64,000 nt of DNA from an uncultured Candidatus Bathyarchaeia archaeon (GCA_964394935.1 CAYMZN010000002.1:6360-70359), one strand, 5' to 3'. Positions 18,916 to 28,128 are shown, counted from the first letter of the stretch. A program made the numbers and translations. The notes: generated by a model from the letters alone, not told the origin.

Positions 18916-19082
18916 GGTAGTGAGCTCGTGGTTGTTGATTGTAGGAGTAATAATAGCCCTCGTGTCATATTGGGGCCCCGGATGTCATAAGCGAGCTGGT
19001 AGGGATTATTGTAGTGAACACACGAGTGCTTGGACCGCTGGCGTCAGCGGACAGGCGTTGATGGGGAGAGAACTGACACGGG

Positions 19083-19109
19083 TCCAGTGGAAAGTAAGGG
19101 GTTAGGGGG
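19083..19109 (+). repeat. ORB repeat 2
   Basis: TCCAGTGGAAAGTAAGGGGTTAGGGGG matches the conserved archaeal ORB core TCCAGTGGAAA followed by G-runs. Confidence 0.75.
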
Positions 19110-19208
19110 TACTCGGTCCTTGCGAACAGCCCTCTGTCTTGTGCTCTTCCCGCCTGATCCTCGGGCCAATGAGCGGTCGGGGACGGACTTTGGCTCACAT
19201 TTTGTGAA

Positions 19209-19238
19209 GGGGGCGAGGCCCCTCCGCTTCCGCTGGAA
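19209..19238 (-). repeat. ORB repeat 3
   Basis: The minus strand reads TTCCAGCGGAAGCGGAGGGGCCTCGCCCCC. Confidence 0.6.
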
Positions 19239-19269
19239 TAGCTCATTTTTCCTATGGAAAAAGATAGCG

Positions 19270-19749
19270 ATGTGTTGGTACGCCTGGGCCAGCTTAGTCT
19301 TAAGTGCGCGGGGTTCACATCATGGTGCGACGTGTGAGGGCTTGGGAGTTAGGCGGGTCAAGATAGATTTCTACGACGAGTCGGGGTGCCGGCACACCAT
19401 ATCACTCGAGGGTCCCCTAACCCGCGACAAGATAGGCCGGATTCTCGACTACGCCGAACTCATGGGCGGTCTGTCCTCGAAGCCCGCTCTCAACGCCCCT
19501 CCATCATACGCCCGCACCAAACTCGAACGCATTCGAGACCTCCTAGTCCACAGACTTAAGGACACTATGTTCTCCTCCGACGAGGTCAGAAATCTGTACC
19601 AGGAGTTCTATGCGGAACCGATACCGCTCACAACGGTTGCGACCTATTTGTCCAGGCTTGCGGACAGAGGCCTCATGCGTCGTTCGTTCTCCTCGGGGCG
19701 TTGGCGCTACTGTCTGGCCGACAGCGCGACTACTGTCCCGGTCCCCTAG
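19270..19749 (+). CDS. hypothetical protein with a C-terminal winged-helix-like region
   Basis: The track ORF 19030..19749 runs across ORB 2 and ORB 3, so I use the first in-frame ATG after ORB 3. The C-terminus PLTTVATYLSRLADRGLMRRS looks like a wHTH recognition helix plus wing. Confidence 0.4.
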   Translation: MCWYAWASLVLSARGSHHGATCEGLGVRRVKIDFYDESGCRHTISLEGPLTRDKIGRILDYAELMGGLSSKPALNAPPSYARTKLERIRDLLVHRLKDTMFSSDEVRNLYQEFYAEPIPLTTVATYLSRLADRGLMRRSFSSGRWRYCLADSATTVPVP

Positions 19750-19750
19750 T

Positions 19751-20434
19751 TTACCGCTGAATCGCCTGGACTATTGCCTCTCTGACTTTCTCGCTAAGGC
19801 GATACTCGTAAGGTTGACGTTCTGTCTCCCTTTCAACAAAGCCTTGCTCGAACAGAGACTTCATCAACCGCGCTGTGTGCTCCCGTGACTTCGTCATGAG
19901 TCGTCCTATCTCGGGAGCGGCTCTCGGCCCGCTGACCAACATCTCGAGGACTTTGCGCTCAGTCGGTGTGAGCTTCTCAAGAGTGTGTTCTGTTACGACG
20001 CCCACAGGTGCGGAGTCAACGCCTTGTCCGATCTGTTGAGAGCGAGTCATTCGGTCGACATGAACCCGTAGCTCCTCAAATTCCTCCTGTACCCTCTTCA
20101 GGTTCTTCTGCAAGGTCTCAACCTTGTCTACGAACCGCCTCACGTTCCCTATCCACTCTTGCATATACCCAAGTAGGCGTTCCTTGTCACTAGTTCCCAC
20201 ATCCGCCACCGGACGCGCTTGCTTTGCGGTCAGCATCTGAACCTGTTCTGAGATTTCCTTCACCGCCACCTCGTTTCGTTGTATTCGAGTTGAGAGTGAC
20301 GCTACTATGGCCGAGAGAAGCTGTCTGGCCTCTCGGTAGCTCATACGTGAAATGTCGAGTTTCCGCAACACCATACCAGTTAGCACGGCTCCAAAACTCG
20401 CCGAAATGGCCGCAAACACCCAGAAATAATCCAA
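19751..20434 (-). CDS. membrane-anchored coiled-coil protein with a C-terminal MarR/TrmB-like wHTH
   Basis: N-terminal TM segment (YFWVFAAISASFGAVLTGMVL), a long heptad-rich middle, and C-terminal LTPTERKVLEMLVSGPRAAPEIGRLMTKSREHTARLMKSLFEQGFVERE. Confidence 0.55.
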   Translation of the reverse strand: MDYFWVFAAISASFGAVLTGMVLRKLDISRMSYREARQLLSAIVASLSTRIQRNEVAVKEISEQVQMLTAKQARPVADVGTSDKERLLGYMQEWIGNVRRFVDKVETLQKNLKRVQEEFEELRVHVDRMTRSQQIGQGVDSAPVGVVTEHTLEKLTPTERKVLEMLVSGPRAAPEIGRLMTKSREHTARLMKSLFEQGFVERETERQPYEYRLSEKVREAIVQAIQR

Positions 20435-20520
20435 GGCAATCCTTGCGGCCTAGTTATTCACCGGATCTGTTCTTATGCCTTCAATACTTCAAATTTGTCA
20501 AACTAGGGCTAGAACGCAAC

Positions 20521-20702
20521 GTGATTTCACTGTGACGCGACACGTGTAGCAGTGCTGTGATTCCGATCGACCGTGTGTTCCCGTTTCGTCTAGGCCACGC
20601 CCGGCCTAGTGTGACCGGTGTGATGTCACACCATATTAAGCACGGGCGGAGTTTGATGTGAACTAGGGATTTGGGCAGCGTGCCGCCGTCACGTGATGTC
20701 AC
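20521..20702. promoter_or_regulatory. three copies of the half-palindromic motif GTGAT(T/G)TCAC (candidate operator sites)
   Basis: GTGATTTCAC at 20521..20530 and GTGATGTCAC at 20620..20629 and 20693..20702. The middle copy sits inside GGTGTGA-TG-TCACACC (20617..20632). Confidence 0.3.
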
Positions 20703-21180
20703 GTTGGCGTTTGAACGAAGTCATCCTTGCTAGCTCTCCAACAGCGGCTTCAAGGGCATCTTCCAACACCTTTGTGGCGCTTGTGGCCTCGGAATCCTTA
20801 TCACGTCCTGTTTCCCGCCTGGCATCGAGGACAGTCTTCATTTCATCCCCCAAGCGGAGAAAAGGCTCCAGTTTCGGGCTGTCAAATAGACCGAAGTAGG
20901 CGAGGAGGAAGACCGTGTATATGGATTTGATGACGTTTCGGCGGGCCTGGGAGAGAGATCGATTGAACGCACCTTTGCTTACTCTACGTTGGTGTGATCG
21001 AAGGCGAGGTCTTCCATCCTTTGGGGGGACCTGAGTACCTGGCCACAAGACATCTATGAGAAACGTAACAAACTGAACCTTCGTTAGATGACTGTTCACC
21101 AGTAATGTCTTCGCAAGAGTGTCATCCCGCAACCTAGCGAGCGACCAGTGAATGGGCGATTGGGGCCGTTCTTCGCTCAT
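20689..21180 (-). CDS. hypothetical protein
   Basis: The track ORF extends to 21546 but would overlap the well-supported Elf1-like gene on the opposite strand. I trimmed it to the internal Met at 21180; the Met at 21306 is also possible. Confidence 0.35.
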   Translation of the reverse strand: MSEERPQSPIHWSLARLRDDTLAKTLLVNSHLTKVQFVTFLIDVLWPGTQVPPKDGRPRLRSHQRRVSKGAFNRSLSQARRNVIKSIYTVFLLAYFGLFDSPKLEPFLRLGDEMKTVLDARRETGRDKDSEATSATKVLEDALEAAVGELARMTSFKRQRDIT

Positions 21181-21324
21181 CTTAGAGGCTTCTCCGAGGG
21201 ATACATTCTTGTATCCCTGGGGATGTAACGCTCTTGCCTGATAACAGTTTCCGGGTCTACTCAGCAAGCCATCATGGAACGTTGAAATAAGCGGGACGTC
21301 ACCCATGCGCCCCGTGAAACAAGT

Positions 21325-21600
21325 ATGGGTCGTCGACGCCGGCGCGTCATTAGGATAGTCAAGAAGAAGCTGCCGACCATCTTCACCTGTCCCGTCTGCA
21401 ACGAGGAAGGGATGAAGGTCACACTGCCCAAAGGCGCAGGCATCGCTGTTGTCCGGTGCGCGGCGTGTGGAGCCAAAGACGAGTTTGACGTTCCTCGTGG
21501 CGCTCAGATGGTCGATGTCTACTGCAAGTTTACGGACAAGTTCCATGGAACCGGGAAGACCGAACCCGTAGCTCAGGTGAGCAGCAGCCAGACCGGCTGA
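21325..21600 (+). CDS. Elf1-like zinc-ribbon transcription elongation factor homologue
   Basis: A basic N-terminus MGRRRRR..KKKLPTIFTCPVCN...RCAACG...VDVYCKFTD parallels eukaryotic Elf1 (FxCPFC...C..C...IDVYSDWID). Confidence 0.7.
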   Translation: MGRRRRRVIRIVKKKLPTIFTCPVCNEEGMKVTLPKGAGIAVVRCAACGAKDEFDVPRGAQMVDVYCKFTDKFHGTGKTEPVAQVSSSQTG

Positions 21601-21709
21601 TTTGGAAATCGTTCCGGTACCGAGGAAGCGGGAGGGGCTCGTGCGGGTAGCATTAAATGCCCTCTTTGCTGATTCATTCTGATGTCTAGTTGACCGCCGG
21701 GGCCTTGCA

Positions 21710-24700
21710 GTGACGAGCGCAGAGGCCGACAGTCTTCGCGTCCGATTCGACGAGCTCTATGAAGTGGCAAGACTCGCACGTTCGAAGGGTTTGGATCCCA
21801 CGCTCGAGCCAGAATCACACGTCGCGAGGGATGTCGCTGAAAGAGTCGAGAAATCGGTAGGCCCCTCAGGCATAGCGAGAAGAATCCGAGAACTATCCTC
21901 CATGATTCCACGCGAGGAAGTTGCAATCAAGATCGCCGAGGAGATAGCGTTCGCACATTTCCCGTCCGAGGGAGAAGCTGCAGCAGAGCAGGCGATACGC
22001 ACCGCCGCCGCGATCCTTGACGAAGGCGTTACAGCGGCACCGCTCCAAGGCATCAACACGGTCAAGGTCAAGAACAACCCGGACAGGACCAAGTACCTTG
22101 CACTGTACTTTGCTGGACCGATTAGGTCAGCTGGCGGCACCGAAATGGGCCTCAACGTGGTCGTCGCTGACTATGTTCGCCAGATCGTCGGGCTGAGCAG
22201 GTACAAGGCAACCGAGGTCGACGCCAGACGTTTTGTGGAGGAGCTGAGGCTCTACGAACGTGAAGTGGCAAGGTTCCAGTACAACGTTCCCGATGAGGAA
22301 CTCTTCAACGTCATAATGAAGCTGCCAGTCGAGGTAACTGGAGTAGAGACCGATCCTGTCGAGGTTGCATCGTACAGAAACGTGCCTAGGGTTGAGACGA
22401 ATCGTGTCAGGGGTGGGGCGCTACGGGTCGTTAACGACGGTCTGATAGGCCGCAGCCAAAAGGTTCTCAGAATCGTCGAGAGACTAGCACTCCCCGGATG
22501 GGAGTGGCTACGGGAGCTTCGTCAGCCATCTCAGGAGGCCGACGAGCTTAAAGAACTGAGGTTCATGGAGGATGTTGTCGCTGGGCGGCCAATCTTCTCG
22601 CTTCCAGGGATTCCTGGCGGATTCAGGCTTCGGTACGGAAGGACACGCGCCACGGGTATGGCCGCAGTCGGAATCCATCCGGCGACAATGGTGGTTCTCG
22701 ATGATTTCATAGCAACGGGAACGCAGCTGAGAATCGAGAGACCCGGCAAGGCAGGCATCATCACCCCGGTCGACACCATAGAACCTCCAACAGTGAAACT
22801 CCGAGACGGTTCGGTCGTCAGGCTTGACACCGCTGAGCAGGCAAGGCAAGTACAGAAGTCGATTGAGTCGGTGCTCTTTCTCGGAGATCTGCTAGTCTCA
22901 TTTGGCGAATTCTTGGAGAACAATAGGCCGCTCGCAGCTTCAGGGTTCACCGAAGAATGGTGGGCACAACTACTCGGGGACCAAATCGAACTTGGCTTCC
23001 ACACACCATCGGAGGTAGAACAATCCTGCCGAGTATCCCGTAGCAGACTTCAATCATTCATCGAGGCGCCTCTCCGATCCTTTCCTTCGCCCAATGAAAG
23101 TCTGCTCCTCTCACAGAGGCTGGGAATTCCCTTGCATCCCCGCTATACTTGGTTCTGGGAGAGGCTTTCCGCCGAGGACTGGGCATTCCTCAGGAAGGTG
23201 ATTGGTTCTCGTCTAGCTGCCTTGAAGAGCGAAGCCGGCGCGACATTAGCTCCGATTGACCCTAGAGCGAAAGCTCTTCTCGAAACGCTTTGCATTCCTC
23301 ACACGGTCCAGGATAACATAATCTCCCTTGGTGAGGAGGCGATCGTTCTCGCGGCATGCCTTGGTTCAGATAAGGGGGCGCATGAGATCACAGGAACAAA
23401 CGGCTTGGAAGCTGCGCAGGCAGCCGCAGGATTTCCAATTCTGCCCCGAGGTGGCACCTTTATTGGAGCTAGGATGGGGAGGCCCGAGAAGGCCAAACGG
23501 AGAGAGATGCGTCCCCTTGTACACTGCCTGTTTCCGTTGGGCCTTGGGGGAGGTCCGAGACGGAACATTGCAGAGGCGGTCAGGTTAACAAGTGTCGTAG
23601 AGGTCGAGCTCATTAGGCGTCGTTGCAGAGGCTGCGGGGAGCTTACCCATCAGAGCTCGTGCCCAAAGTGCGGAAGCAGGACAGAAATCGAGAATGTTTG
23701 CCCGAAATGTGGAAGAATAGTTCCACAAGGCCTCTGTCCCGTATGCAGGATCCGCTGCCTCTCGTACGATAGAAGGATGGTATCCCTAGCTGATGTTTGG
23801 ACGGCTGCCTGGAAGAAACTACAGTTGGCAGAACAGCCTGACATTGTCAAAGGTGTCAAGGGTCTGACCAGTGGCTCCAGGTGCCCTGAACGTTTGGAGA
23901 AGGGTATTCTCCGAGCAAGACATGACCTCTCTATGTTCAAGGACGGAACCGTAAGGTTTGATGCAACAAACGCCCCGCTCACTCACTTCAGGCCTGCCGA
24001 GATCGGTGTCACACTGGATAAGCTTCACAGCCTAGGCTACGACATGGATCTCGAAGGTAATCCACTTGAGCATCCCGACCAGCTCGTCCCGATAAAGGCG
24101 CAGGACATAGTCGTCAACGATTCATGCGGAGACTATTTGTTGCGAGTGGCGAAGTTCATTGACGATCTACTAACGAGATTCTACGGACTGCCATCCTTCT
24201 ACAACGTCAAATCCCCTCAGGATCTGATCGGACACCTTGTAGTTGGGCTCTCCCCGCACACTTCCGTCGGCGTGATCGCCCGAATCATCGGCTTCACAAA
24301 GGCGAAGGTATGCTTCGCCCATCCATTCTGGCATGCATCCAAACGGAGAGACTGCGACGGGGACGAGGATTCCGTCACACTCGCGCTAGATGTCCTGCTG
24401 AACTTCTCAAGATCATACTTGCCGTCGCGCATTGGCGGGATCATGGATGCGCCTCTCCTGCTCACCGTGGTGATGAACCCTTCAGAAGTGGCTCGCCAGG
24501 CGTTCAATCTTGAAGCCGTGGAGAGGTTCCCGATCAGGTTCTTCGAAGAGGCATCTACTAATGCGGATCCCAAAGCTCTCACTGACTTGATCGAAGTCGC
24601 CATACATCGAATCGGAACGGAACGGATCCTTCAACCGATCGGCTTTACACACGAGATTGCCGACATCAACATCGGGACTCACGAAAGCGCTTACACCCAA

Positions 24701-25111
24701 CTTCCGACGATGATAGACAAGATGACAGCGCAACTGAATCTTGCGGAGAAGATCAAGGCGGTTGTCGCCGCCGACGTAGCTAGACGGGTCCTTTCGACAC
24801 ATCTGATGAGAGACCTCATCGGAAACTTGAGAGCCTTCTCGACCCAACGGATGCGCTGCATGAAATGCAATTCGAAGTTCCGCCGACCTCCGCTGAGGGG
24901 CGTGTGTCCAAAGTGCGGAGGAAAGATTGCGATGACAGTGTATAGGGGGACCATCGAGAAGTACCTTGACCTTGCCCGCGATCTTGTTCGACGCTACGAT
25001 CTCGGAACCTACAACGCGCAGAGACTGCTCCTCCTTCAGGAGGAGCTAAAGTCCCTATTCCGGGAAGAAACCGAAGAAAAGAAACAACCTGCTCTGGCCG
25101 ATTTCATTTGA
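21710..25111 (+). CDS. dp2: DNA polymerase II (PolD) large subunit DP2
   Basis: 1133 aa with a GTG start. The N-terminus matches DP2 (ARSKGLDPTLEPE..ARDVAERVE), with multiple Cys4 zinc modules (CRGCG...CPKCG, CPKCG..CPVC, CMKCN...CPKCGG) and a catalytic-core block HPFWHASKRRDCDGDED. The length gives no hint of an intein. Confidence 0.95.
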   Translation: MTSAEADSLRVRFDELYEVARLARSKGLDPTLEPESHVARDVAERVEKSVGPSGIARRIRELSSMIPREEVAIKIAEEIAFAHFPSEGEAAAEQAIRTAAAILDEGVTAAPLQGINTVKVKNNPDRTKYLALYFAGPIRSAGGTEMGLNVVVADYVRQIVGLSRYKATEVDARRFVEELRLYEREVARFQYNVPDEELFNVIMKLPVEVTGVETDPVEVASYRNVPRVETNRVRGGALRVVNDGLIGRSQKVLRIVERLALPGWEWLRELRQPSQEADELKELRFMEDVVAGRPIFSLPGIPGGFRLRYGRTRATGMAAVGIHPATMVVLDDFIATGTQLRIERPGKAGIITPVDTIEPPTVKLRDGSVVRLDTAEQARQVQKSIESVLFLGDLLVSFGEFLENNRPLAASGFTEEWWAQLLGDQIELGFHTPSEVEQSCRVSRSRLQSFIEAPLRSFPSPNESLLLSQRLGIPLHPRYTWFWERLSAEDWAFLRKVIGSRLAALKSEAGATLAPIDPRAKALLETLCIPHTVQDNIISLGEEAIVLAACLGSDKGAHEITGTNGLEAAQAAAGFPILPRGGTFIGARMGRPEKAKRREMRPLVHCLFPLGLGGGPRRNIAEAVRLTSVVEVELIRRRCRGCGELTHQSSCPKCGSRTEIENVCPKCGRIVPQGLCPVCRIRCLSYDRRMVSLADVWTAAWKKLQLAEQPDIVKGVKGLTSGSRCPERLEKGILRARHDLSMFKDGTVRFDATNAPLTHFRPAEIGVTLDKLHSLGYDMDLEGNPLEHPDQLVPIKAQDIVVNDSCGDYLLRVAKFIDDLLTRFYGLPSFYNVKSPQDLIGHLVVGLSPHTSVGVIARIIGFTKAKVCFAHPFWHASKRRDCDGDEDSVTLALDVLLNFSRSYLPSRIGGIMDAPLLLTVVMNPSEVARQAFNLEAVERFPIRFFEEASTNADPKALTDLIEVAIHRIGTERILQPIGFTHEIADINIGTHESAYTQLPTMIDKMTAQLNLAEKIKAVVAADVARRVLSTHLMRDLIGNLRAFSTQRMRCMKCNSKFRRPPLRGVCPKCGGKIAMTVYRGTIEKYLDLARDLVRRYDLGTYNAQRLLLLQEELKSLFREETEEKKQPALADFI

Positions 25112-25126
25112 GCGCAGTGGTGGAGA

Positions 25127-25393
25127 ATGGAAAAGACTGAGATACATCCCAAAGCCTACTTAGTTTCCAAGCGAAACGTGAAAGCAGGTCTGAGAGCCCG
25201 TTCCAAGATCCTCTTCATCCTTGAGGAAGCAAAGGGAAGCGCCTCCGAAATTTCGAAACGGAGCGGCCTCGGTTACGAGTGCATCGCATACCATCTCCGG
25301 TCAATGAGGAAGGAGCGGCTTGTGGAGCGATCTGGGCGACGGCCTTACCTCTGGGCGCTCACGAAGTTCGGTCAACAACGGCTGAGCCCATAG
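25127..25393 (+). CDS. small winged-helix (ArsR-like) DNA-binding protein
   Basis: RSKILFILEEAKGSASEISKRSGLGYECIAYHLRSMRKERLVER is a wHTH pattern. Confidence 0.55.
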   Translation: MEKTEIHPKAYLVSKRNVKAGLRARSKILFILEEAKGSASEISKRSGLGYECIAYHLRSMRKERLVERSGRRPYLWALTKFGQQRLSP

Positions 25394-25488
25394 CGGCGCG
25401 AGATGTTGTCGGTCTAGGTCTGAAAGATAGCTACCCGTAATAGGAAGCTACCCAGATCCTTGCATCGAATGTTCCTAGAGGTCTGAAT

Positions 25489-26256
25489 ATGGCGACCACG
25501 CTGAGGGTCTACGAGAAGCCAGCGCTTACGGCTCCAGTGATGATCGCAGGCCTTCCAGGGATTGGTTCTGTCGCGTGGCTCGCAGTGAACCATCTCGTGA
25601 AAGAGCTAAGAGCGCAGTTGTTTGCTGAACTGTACTCTCCATCCTTCTCGCCCAAAGTTTGGCTAGCAGAGGATGGAACCGTCAAGGTGGTAAAGGGAGA
25701 CTTCTACTCCACAAGGAGGAAAGGCGCAGAGGATCTTGTCTTCTTCACCGCCAGCGAGCAGCCACACTCGCCTGAGGGACAGTATGAGCTAGCAGACAGA
25801 GTCCTCGAATTCGCCGAACAACTGTCGGTCAAGAAGCTCCTCACGATGGGAGGTATGGCCACGGACCGATTCACCGATGCACCGAGAGTCTACGGCGCAA
25901 CCACTGACCTAGCGCTCGTCAGTGAACTTGAGAAACACGGGGTTCTGAAGCTTTCGGGCGGTTCCATAACTGGTACCAATGGCCTGCTATTCGGTTTGGC
26001 GAAGCCTAGGAATATCCATGCAATCTGCTTACTGTCGGAGACTCCCGGCTACCTATCTTTTGATGCAGGGGCAGCCCGCGCCGTGCTCGAAGTAATTGGA
26101 AAGATAATTGGCATCCAGGTCGACATGGAAGATCTTGAGAAACAGGCAAAGGAGAACAAGGACGCGATGATCCAGGCCAAGGAGACTGGAAAAAGATGGG
26201 AACGAACCGAACCACGCAAACCAGTCTCCGACCGGGAGCTGTCCTATGTGAGCTGA
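25489..26256 (+). CDS. PAC2-family protein (proteasome assembly chaperone-like)
   Basis: APVMIAGLPGIGSVAWLAVNHLVKEL at the N-terminus and a ~250-aa length are typical of archaeal PAC2/PbaA-like proteins. Confidence 0.65.
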   Translation: MATTLRVYEKPALTAPVMIAGLPGIGSVAWLAVNHLVKELRAQLFAELYSPSFSPKVWLAEDGTVKVVKGDFYSTRRKGAEDLVFFTASEQPHSPEGQYELADRVLEFAEQLSVKKLLTMGGMATDRFTDAPRVYGATTDLALVSELEKHGVLKLSGGSITGTNGLLFGLAKPRNIHAICLLSETPGYLSFDAGAARAVLEVIGKIIGIQVDMEDLEKQAKENKDAMIQAKETGKRWERTEPRKPVSDRELSYVS

Positions 26257-26341
26257 GCTTCAGCGAAGCACTGAATTCGCTGCAAACGTAAGCAGCCTCT
26301 TTGGCAAAGGCATCATAAATGGCATCTCCCTATACACAGCC

Positions 26342-26641
26342 GTGAGAGAGATGCTTCCAGAAGAGGATCTCAGAGTCGCATCGACTATCTTCAACGCGCT
26401 GGGCAGCGTTGTGAGACTGAGAATACTGAAGATGCTCATCGAGACGAAGAAGCCGCTTCACATAAAGGGTGTAGCCCGAAACCTAAACATGGACTACGCA
26501 GCCATCTACAGGCACGTGCACGTTCTCAGAACAGCCAGACTGCTAGAAGTCTTTGAGGTTGGAAGGTCTCGGGTCCTCACGCCACGAAAGCCAGACCTCA
26601 TCAGTGAACTGATTCAAAGGACGAGAGAGGTCGGAGCCTAG
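26342..26641 (+). CDS. ArsR-family wHTH transcriptional regulator
   Basis: VRLRILKMLIETKKPLHIKGVARNLNMDYAAIYRHVHVLRTARLLE. Confidence 0.7.
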   Translation: MREMLPEEDLRVASTIFNALGSVVRLRILKMLIETKKPLHIKGVARNLNMDYAAIYRHVHVLRTARLLEVFEVGRSRVLTPRKPDLISELIQRTREVGA

Positions 26642-26713
26642 TCCGTCACTCAGTAATCTCAGGAAAGCAGATGTCTAAACACAGTGAACAAGGCCGCAGT
26701 ACCACGTGTGAGT

Positions 26714-27334
26714 TCAGGGCTGTCTGTTCTGTCTTTGCGTGTTCGGCAGAAGACCCGGAACTCTCTTCGCCAGTGCGGCATGAATCAGGTATCCCCCAAA
26801 GATGCTGATCGCGCCCGCAATGGCATTGAACACTGCCAAGAATGGGACGAAGGCAACAGCGGCCTGTACTGACTGGAATACGAGAGGCCAGGCAGCTAGG
26901 TTTGCAACGAGCATGATGACAACCCTCGCTAACATCCCCGAGACGGTTGCAAGTCCTTTTGACCCGCTCGAATCAATCTTGTAGAATGGCACCATTCCCA
27001 AGATGGTCCCAAACTCGGCCAACGCTTTCATCGACGCACTTACGACGGCACCGCTCCGGGCCACTATAGCTACGAAAGCTACGAAGCATGTTACCACGGC
27101 CGAATAAGGACCGTACAACAATAGCGAAAGAACAATCGGGATCCCGTCCAAGTCGAATTTCAGAGCTGGAAACATCGGAAACGGAATTTTGACGCCCGCA
27201 AACTTGAGGGTGTAGTCGAACACCACAACCAACGCGCTAAGGATTGCAGTACCCGTAATCTGTTCGGTTCTCAATTGAAGCTCGTGCGCTGTGGATGCAT
27301 CCTGCGGTATATTAGTCGTTGCAGATATCATCAC
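26714..27334 (-). CDS. ECF-transporter S-component-like membrane protein
   Basis: About 6 TM segments. The KFDLDGIPIVLSLLLYGP motif resembles RibU/S-component proteins. No ECF A or T genes are nearby. Confidence 0.5.
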   Translation of the reverse strand: MMISATTNIPQDASTAHELQLRTEQITGTAILSALVVVFDYTLKFAGVKIPFPMFPALKFDLDGIPIVLSLLLYGPYSAVVTCFVAFVAIVARSGAVVSASMKALAEFGTILGMVPFYKIDSSGSKGLATVSGMLARVVIMLVANLAAWPLVFQSVQAAVAFVPFLAVFNAIAGAISIFGGYLIHAALAKRVPGLLPNTQRQNRQP

Positions 27335-27393
27335 AGATCTGCGAGTTCGCCATTATATCAATGAGCAAATCGCAACTCTTCGAAACTTCTGGG

Positions 27394-28128
27394 CTAGATT
27401 ATGGGGGCACCCGTTCTCCGACGCGTTGTAGTGCTTGGGCAGCTCCGATTGACGACACACTTCGGACAAAGAGGGGTAGGCGCTTTGCAGATTTCTCGTC
27501 CAAATCGAATCAGAGAGAGGTGCATTCTCACTCTGCGCTCGGCAGGGATAAGACGCTCCAGAGCGGTCCTGATTTCTTCGTAGCCTGCATTTCTTCGAAC
27601 GATTCCGAGCCGCTTGCTGACCCTCATTACGTGCGTATCAACGGGGACGGTGGGATGACCCGCAACGAAGGCGAGCAGAATATCGGCGGTCTTGTAGCCG
27701 ACGCCAGGCAATTCCATTAGAATGGATCTGGCCTCGGTAGGTTTTCTCTTGAGGACGGGGTCTAGGTCTCCACCGAATCGATCAAGAATGATCGTTGAGA
27801 CCTGCTTGATTCTGGGCGCCTTGACTCTGTAGAGTCCCGCGGGTCTGATGCATTCAATTAGCTCCTCAATCGGAGCCTGCGAAAGAACTTTCGGCGTGAT
27901 CTCGAATCGGCCCTCCAGGCGAGCCATCGCCTTATCCCTGTTTTGGTCGTTCGTGTTCTGCGATAGGATAGTTCCGACGAGAGTCTCAAACGATGTTGCC
28001 GACCCTGCCCAGCTTTGCACAGGAAACCGGCGTAGGATCTTTCCGAGCATGTGTTTCTGCGAAGCGAGCGACGTGCGTCTGGCTCGCATGGCGCACCCCG
28101 GCTTCAGATGCAGATGTGGCCCTTTCAA
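27394..28128 (-). CDS. nth: endonuclease III (HhH-GPD DNA glycosylase with a 4Fe-4S cluster)
   Basis: TILSQNTNDQNRD, the HhH-GPD LMELPGVGYKTADILL..VDTHV, and the C-terminal CKAPTPLCPKCVVNRSC cluster. Confidence 0.85.
   Translation of the reverse strand: MKGPHLHLKPGCAMRARRTSLASQKHMLGKILRRFPVQSWAGSATSFETLVGTILSQNTNDQNRDKAMARLEGRFEITPKVLSQAPIEELIECIRPAGLYRVKAPRIKQVSTIILDRFGGDLDPVLKRKPTEARSILMELPGVGYKTADILLAFVAGHPTVPVDTHVMRVSKRLGIVRRNAGYEEIRTALERLIPAERRVRMHLSLIRFGREICKAPTPLCPKCVVNRSCPSTTTRRRTGAPII

Larger units (their letters stand above)
18752..19269. other. putative chromosomal replication origin (oriC)
   Basis: A 518-bp non-coding gap directly upstream of cdc6. It holds three ORB-like repeats in mixed orientation and a mini-ORB-like element. 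Confidence 0.7.

Noticed and set aside
19030-19269. N-terminal 80 codons of the 239-aa track ORF
   Set aside because: They run across ORB 2 and ORB 3 of the putative origin, and the translation is Arg/Gly-rich and non-protein-like. The gene was trimmed to the ATG at 19270.
21181-21546. 5' extension of the 285-aa minus-strand ORF
   Set aside because: It would overlap the well-supported Elf1-like gene (21325..21600) on the opposite strand by more than 200 nt. Internal Met starts are available.
21710-25111. Inteins in DP2 (and likewise in Cdc6, Lhr, RPA)
   Set aside because: The protein lengths are normal for intein-free versions, and no insertion interrupts the conserved blocks.
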